Source: an uncultured Gammaproteobacteria bacterium (GTDB taxonomy: Bacteria; Pseudomonadota; Gammaproteobacteria; UBA9214). Taken from it: 64,000 bases of DNA. The notes beneath the pieces were generated by a model. That model was not told the origin of the DNA and ran no database searches. It was given only the letters and a program-made list of their open reading frames with translations. The DNA is taken from positions 73,108-137,107 of the forward strand of contig CAWGNW010000019.1 of assembly GCA_963824045.1 (NCBI GenBank), given 5' to 3'. Positions 59,073-64,000 of this stretch are shown here, one piece after another (within the stretch, counting starts at the first letter, position 1; the number at the start of each line of letters is the position of its first letter). The position numbers and the translations under genes are program-made.

Positions 59073-60748
59073 TAATCAGTTTGCCTGTCGCCGTTATTCT
59101 GCGCCGCGCGTCGCTGGTCCGCGGCGGCGATCTGCTGCCGCTGCTCGGGCGTCAGGTTGTCAGTATTCCCGGGGCTGACCCCGGCCTCTTCCTTCTTGCG
59201 CTTCACGCGTTCCAGCGCCGCCTGGATTGCAGCCTGCTTCGGGTCCGGACCGCCGGCATCCTGCGACAGTGCCTGCTTCTTACTGGCCATTTTTTCCGCC
59301 CGTTCCTGCTTGACGCGCTCCAGGCGCGCCAGGCGCGCCTCGTGCCGCTGGCGTGCGAGGTCGGACTTCCTGCGCTGTTTTTCCTGCGCCCAGATTTCCG
59401 TCTTGGCATGGCGGTAGTGCTGCACCAGCGGAATGTGGCTCGGGCAGACATAGGCGCAGCAGCCGCATTCGATGCAGTCGAACAGGTCGTAGTCCTGCGC
59501 GGCATCGTAGTTGCCGCTGCTCGCGTACCAGTACAACTGCTGCGGCAGCAGGTCGGCGGGGCAGACCTCGGTGCACTTGCCGCAGCGGATGCAGGGCTGT
59601 GCCGGCGGCGGTGCCGGCATTTCCTCCCGGGTGACGGCGAGTATGCAATTGGTGGTCTTGATGACAGGCACGGCATCGCTGTTGACCGCGTAGCCCATCA
59701 TCGGGCCACCGATCAGCAGCCGCTCGACGTCATGCGTGTAGCCGCCGCAGGCGCTGATCAGATGGCTGAGCGGGGTGCCGATGCGCACCTCGAGATTGCG
59801 CGGCGAGAGGACGCCGCTGCCGGTCACGGTCACGATGCGCGACAGCAGGGGCGTCCCCTTGCAGACAGCCCGGTAGACGGCCGCGGCCGTGCCGACGTTC
59901 TGGCAGATGATGCCGATGTCGGCCGGCAGTCCCTGGCTGGGCACCTCGCTGCCGGTGAGCACCTTGATGAGCTGGCGTTCGCCGCCGGCAGGGTAGATGG
60001 TGGGTATGCGCGTCACGCTGATGCCGGTTTCCTGCAGTGCTTCCAGGGCATCCCGCAGGGCGGTCTCGGCTGCCGGCATGCTGTCCTCAATCGCGACGGT
60101 ACAGGCTTCCGGCTGCACGATGTACTGCAGTATCCTGACGCCCTCGATGATTTCTGTCGCACGCTCCAGCATCAGGCGCTGGTCGCAGGTGATGTAGGGT
60201 TCGCACTCGGCCCCGTTGATGATCAGCGTGTCGATTGCCCGCTTGCCGGAAGCCAGTTTCACCCGGGTGGGGAAGCCGGCGCCGCCGAGGCCGACGATGC
60301 CCGCCTCGCGAATCCTTTCCAGCAGCGTCTGCGGGTCTGTGCTGCGGTAATCGGGCAGGCCGCCTGCCGGTTCCAGCCACTGGTCCCTGCCGTCGGTCTC
60401 GATGACAATGCAGTCCGCAGGCAGGGCGGAGGGATGCGGCACGGGGCGCGGTTCGACAGCCACCACGGTGCCGGAACCGGAGGCGTGCACCGGCGCGCTG
60501 ACCGTGCCGACCGGGCGGGCGATCATTTCACCGGTCCGCACGCTGTCGCCCGGCTTCACCAGCGCTTCCGCCGGTTCGCCGATGTGCTGCAACAGCGGCA
60601 GCACCAGCAGGGGCGGGATGTCGGCCGGGGTTATGGGCGCCGTCACCGTGAGTTCGCGGTGACCTGCCAGAACCAGACCGCCGTGGAACCGGTAGAGGCG
60701 GTCAAACGCCTGTTGTGCGGGACCTCGCAGCCTGGCTCGTTCAGCCAT
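59072..60748 (-). CDS. rnfC: electron transport complex subunit RnfC (with basic C-terminal extension)
   Basis: ...FHGGL..., NADH/FMN site GLGGAGFPT, and two 4Fe-4S motifs ([24 protein letters not shown]). Confidence 0.9.
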   Translation of the reverse strand: MAERARLRGPAQQAFDRLYRFHGGLVLAGHRELTVTAPITPADIPPLLVLPLLQHIGEPAEALVKPGDSVRTGEMIARPVGTVSAPVHASGSGTVVAVEPRPVPHPSALPADCIVIETDGRDQWLEPAGGLPDYRSTDPQTLLERIREAGIVGLGGAGFPTRVKLASGKRAIDTLIINGAECEPYITCDQRLMLERATEIIEGVRILQYIVQPEACTVAIEDSMPAAETALRDALEALQETGISVTRIPTIYPAGGERQLIKVLTGSEVPSQGLPADIGIICQNVGTAAAVYRAVCKGTPLLSRIVTVTGSGVLSPRNLEVRIGTPLSHLISACGGYTHDVERLLIGGPMMGYAVNSDAVPVIKTTNCILAVTREEMPAPPPAQPCIRCGKCTEVCPADLLPQQLYWYASSGNYDAAQDYDLFDCIECGCCAYVCPSHIPLVQHYRHAKTEIWAQEKQRRKSDLARQRHEARLARLERVKQERAEKMASKKQALSQDAGGPDPKQAAIQAALERVKRKKEEAGVSPGNTDNLTPEQRQQIAAADQRRAAQNNGDRQTD

Positions 60749-61301
60749 GGTTTGCCACCCGGGTGCTGCTGTCAGCGGGCTTGGGCCAGGTCCAGGTCAG
60801 GATATTTGCCCTGACCGGGACGATGTGGATGCATTCCACCGGGCAGGGCGTGATGCACAGGTTGCAGCCGGTGCACTCGCTGGCAATCACCGTGTGCATC
60901 TGCTTGGCGGCGCCGACGATGGCGTCCACCGGGCAGGCCTGGATGCACAGGGTGCAGCCGATGCAGGCCTGCTCGTCGATGACTACCACGGTCTTTTCGG
61001 TATGCATCCCGTGTTCAGGATTCAGCGGCTTGGGGTCCTGGCCGAGCAGGTCGGCCAGTGCCTGGATGGTGGCCGCGCCGCCCGGGGGGCACTGGTTGAT
61101 TTCCGCCTCGCCGGCGGCGATGGCCTCGGCGTAGGGACGGCAGCCTGCATAGGTGCATTGCCCGCACTGGGTCTGCGGCAGCAGGGCATCGATCTGGTCC
61201 ACGATCGGGTCGCTCTCCACCCTGAAACGGATGGCGGCATAGCCGAGCACCAGCCCGATAACCGCGGCGAGTGTTCCCAGTGCAAGCAGTGCCGTCAGCA
61301 T
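60741..61301 (-). CDS. rnfB: electron transport complex subunit RnfB
   Basis: N-terminal TM helix, CGQCTYAGC...C, and two ferredoxin motifs ([24 protein letters not shown]). Confidence 0.9.
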   Translation of the reverse strand: MLTALLALGTLAAVIGLVLGYAAIRFRVESDPIVDQIDALLPQTQCGQCTYAGCRPYAEAIAAGEAEINQCPPGGAATIQALADLLGQDPKPLNPEHGMHTEKTVVVIDEQACIGCTLCIQACPVDAIVGAAKQMHTVIASECTGCNLCITPCPVECIHIVPVRANILTWTWPKPADSSTRVANHG

Positions 61302-61335
61302 GATAGGGGCCCGGTGTGGTGCGCGCGCTCGCCGC

Positions 61336-61917
61336 CTAGCCCCTGATCAGCCCGGAAAAGCCCATGAAGGCAAGCGACATGAGCCCCGCGGTGACCAGCG
61401 CGATGGCGGAGCCGCGAAACGGCACGGGCACATCGGCGGCCGCCACCCGTTCCCGGATAGCGGAGAACAGGATGAGCACCATGGAGAAGCCGAGCGCCGC
61501 GCCAAAGCCGTAGACAGCCGACTCGATGAAGTTGAAGTGCTGCTGCACGTTCAGCAGCGCCACGCCCAGCACGGCGCAGTTGGTCGTAATCAGGGGCAGG
61601 AAGATCCCCAGCACCTTGTACAGCAGCGGGCTGGTCTTGTGGACGACCATCTCGGTGAACTGCACCACGGCGGCGATCACCAGGATAAAGGTGATGGTGC
61701 GCAGGTATTCCAGCTGCAGCGGCACCAGCAGGTACTCGTTGGCAAGGTAGCTGCAGATGGAGGACAGGGTCAGCACGAAAGTGGTGGCCAGCGCCATTCC
61801 CGTCGCGGTGTCGACATTGCGCGATACGCCCATGAACGGGCACAGGCCAAGGAATTTCACCAGCACGAAGTTGTTCACCAGCACGGTGCTGACGAGGATG
61901 ATGGCCAGTTCTGTCAT
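61336..61917 (-). CDS. rnfA: electron transport complex subunit RnfA
   Basis: [32 protein letters not shown]... is canonical RnfA/NqrE-like. Confidence 0.92.
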   Translation of the reverse strand: MTELAIILVSTVLVNNFVLVKFLGLCPFMGVSRNVDTATGMALATTFVLTLSSICSYLANEYLLVPLQLEYLRTITFILVIAAVVQFTEMVVHKTSPLLYKVLGIFLPLITTNCAVLGVALLNVQQHFNFIESAVYGFGAALGFSMVLILFSAIRERVAAADVPVPFRGSAIALVTAGLMSLAFMGFSGLIRG

Positions 61918-62033
61918 GGTTCGGTGTGCCTGTTAAAAAATCACAAGGGTGAGAGGTAAAAAGTAAAAAGTGAGAAGTAAATAAAGTAAGGGTTCGGGGT
62001 TGACTCGTTGCTGGAACCGGCCATCATCCTGAT

Positions 62034-62165
62034 CACTTCTCACTCTCACTTCATCACTTCTCACTTCTCACTTCTCACTTCTCACTTCTCACTTCTCACT
62101 TCTCACTTCTCACTTCTCACTTCTCACTTCTCACTTCTCACTTCTCACTTCTCACTTCTCACTTC
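62034..62165. repeat. heptanucleotide microsatellite (TCACTTC)n: 16 perfect plus ~3 degenerate units
   Basis: Perfect units run from 62054 to 62165, with degenerate units at 62034-62053. The last unit supplies the metG stop codon (minus strand GTG AAG TGA). Confidence 0.95.
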
Positions 62166-64000
62166 ACCCGCATCCCCGGCTGTGCGCCGCTGTCCGGATG
62201 CAGGATGAACAGGTCCCTGCCGCCGGGGCCGGCAGCCAGCACCATGCCCTCGGAGACGCCGAAGCGCATCTTGCGCGGCGCCAGGTTGGCGACCATGACC
62301 GTGAGTTTACCTTCCAGGTCTGCCGGGTCATAGGCGGACTTGATGCCCGCAAAAACGTTGCGGGTTTCGCCGCCGAGGTCGAGCGTCAGGGCAAGCAGCT
62401 TGTCGGCGCCCTCGACGTGTTCCGCCCTGGCTATGCGGGCGATGCGCAGATCGATTTTCGCGAAGTCCGCGAAGTCGATGCTGGCTGCGATCGGGTCTGT
62501 TGTCAGCGGCCCGCTGGCTGCGGGTGCGGCGGCCGGCTGGCTGCCGAGGCTGTCTTTCGAATCGTTCAGCATGGCGTCGATATTCTCCTGCTCCACCCGG
62601 GTCATCAGCGGCTGGAAGGGGTTGATGGTATGGCCGGTCAGCGGCGTGGCGATGGCATCCCACGACAGCGGCTCGATATTGAGGAAATCTTCCGCAGCAA
62701 TTGCCATGGCCGGCAGCACCGGCTGCAGGTAGGTGAGCAGCACCCGGAACAGGTTGAGACCGACGCTGCAGACGTCCTGCACGGCCTGTTCCTGGTGTTC
62801 CTGTTTGGCGAGTACCCAGGGCTTGTTGGCATCGATGTACTGGTTGGCGCGGTCGGCCAGCGCCATGATCTTGCGCACCGCCTGGCTGAACTCGCGCTGC
62901 TCGTAGTCCGTCGCAATGGCGTCGCCCGCGGCCACGAAATCGGCGTACAGCCCGGGTTCGCAGCAACTGTCGGCGAGCCGGCCGGCGAAACGCTTGTTGA
63001 TGAAGCCGGCGCAGCGGCTGGCGATGTTGACCACCTTGCCCACCAGGTCGCTGTTGACGCGCGCCGCGAAGTCCTCCGAGGTTGAGATCGATGTCGTCCA
63101 CCCCGCTGCCGAGCTTGGCGGCGAAGTAGTAGCGCAGGTATTCCGGGTTCAGGTGGTCCAGGTAGGTGCGCGCCTTGATGAAGGTGCCGCGCGACTTGGA
63201 CATCTTCTGGCCGTCCACGGTGAGGAAGCCGTGCGCGAAGATTGCGGTCGGCGTGCGCATGCCGGCGCCTGCCAGCATGGCCGGCCAGAACAGCGCATGG
63301 AAATAGATGATGTCCTTGCCGATGAAATGGTACAGCTCGGCGCGGCTGTTCTTGCCCCAGTAGGCGTCGAAGTCGCAGCCGCTGCGCTCGCACAGGTTGC
63401 GAAAGCTGGCCATGTAGCCGATGGGCGCATCCAGCCAGACATAGAAGTACTTGTCGTCGCTGTCCGGGATCCCGAAGCCGAAGTAGGGTGCGTCGCGGGA
63501 GATATCCCATTCGCGCAGGCCCTCCTCGAACCATTCGTTGAGCTTGTTGCTGACTTCCGGCTGCAGGTGGCCCGCCGTGGTCCAGGCGCGCAGCATGGGT
63601 TCAAAGTCGGCCAGCCGGAAGAAGTAGTGCAGGGATTCCTTTTCCACCGGCGTGGCGCCGGACACGGCGGAGACCGGATTCTTCAGCTCCGTCGGCGAGT
63701 AGGTGGCGCCGCAGACCTCGCAGTTGTCGCCGTACTGGTCGGCGGCACCGCAGCGCGGGCACTCTCCCTTGATGAAGCGGTCCGGCAGGAACATCTGCTT
63801 TTCCGGGTCATAGGCCTGGGTGATGGTGCGCGTGCTGATATGGCCGGCTGCCTGGTGTGCGCCGGTAGATCAGCTCCGCCAGTTCCCGGTTTTCCGCCGA
63901 GTGGGTGCTGTGGTAGTTGTCGAAGCCGACGTGGAAACCGGCAAAGTCCGCGCGGTGTTCGTGTCCGACGGTCTCGATGAGCTGTTCCGGCGTGATGCCT
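62159..64000 (-). pseudogene. metG: methionine--tRNA ligase, 5' end outside the window; two +1 frameshifts as sequenced (~63077, ~63861)
   Basis: Three frames together read ...[25 protein letters not shown] / [35 protein letters not shown]...DDIDLNL / [21 protein letters not shown]... The C-terminal tRNA-binding domain is ...[26 protein letters not shown]. Confidence 0.9.

Noticed and set aside
62008-62208. ORF encoding (SHFSLLT)n
   Set aside because: It is simply the translation of the heptanucleotide microsatellite on the non-coding strand. There is no RBS, and it overlaps the metG 3' end.

Overview
High-GC chromosomal window that looks gammaproteobacterial and is probably from a sulfur-oxidising chemolithoautotroph (soxXA, rnfABCDGE, a DAB-type inorganic-carbon pump). 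0-16.7 kb holds housekeeping genes: asnB fragment, grxD, rnt, pyrC, an M17 peptidase, an E1alpha/E1beta/E2/E3 2-oxoacid dehydrogenase cluster, argG, gloA and corA. 16.8-22.2 kb is visibly AT-richer. It is an array of at least 8 co-oriented, promoterless gene cassettes, each followed by an attC-like imperfect palindrome (RYYYAAC...GTTRRRY). No integron integrase is present in the window, so it is CALIN-like. The island tail (22.2-24.4 kb) carries orphan genes and the C-terminal remnant of a P-type ATPase. 24.8-40.2 kb holds rhlE, an RRM protein, a cold-shock protein, a second CorA, ypfJ, a FAH-family hydrolase, soxXA, an EamA transporter, slyX, purT and a small secretin-N-like/TlpA cluster. 40.4-64 kb is entirely on the minus strand and contains four blocks. 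(i) A five-gene operon places DabA (DUF2309) and its NuoL-like partner among three extra antiporter-like subunits. (ii) A 1147-aa multidomain multicopper oxidase. (iii) An HvfABC-like MNIO/DUF2063 RiPP locus whose EGKCG-repeat precursor carries a canonical EF-hand pair. (iv) nth, rnfEGDCBA and metG. Repeats of note are a ~200-276 bp inverted repeat pair at 5.5 and 24.4 kb, an 18-bp tandem array, and a 16-19 copy heptanucleotide microsatellite between metG and rnfA. pdhB, E2, E3, argG, metG and the first cassette carry single-base frameshifts. These are most likely sequence errors, but that cannot be settled from the sequence alone. No rRNA, tRNA or CRISPR array was recognised by eye.
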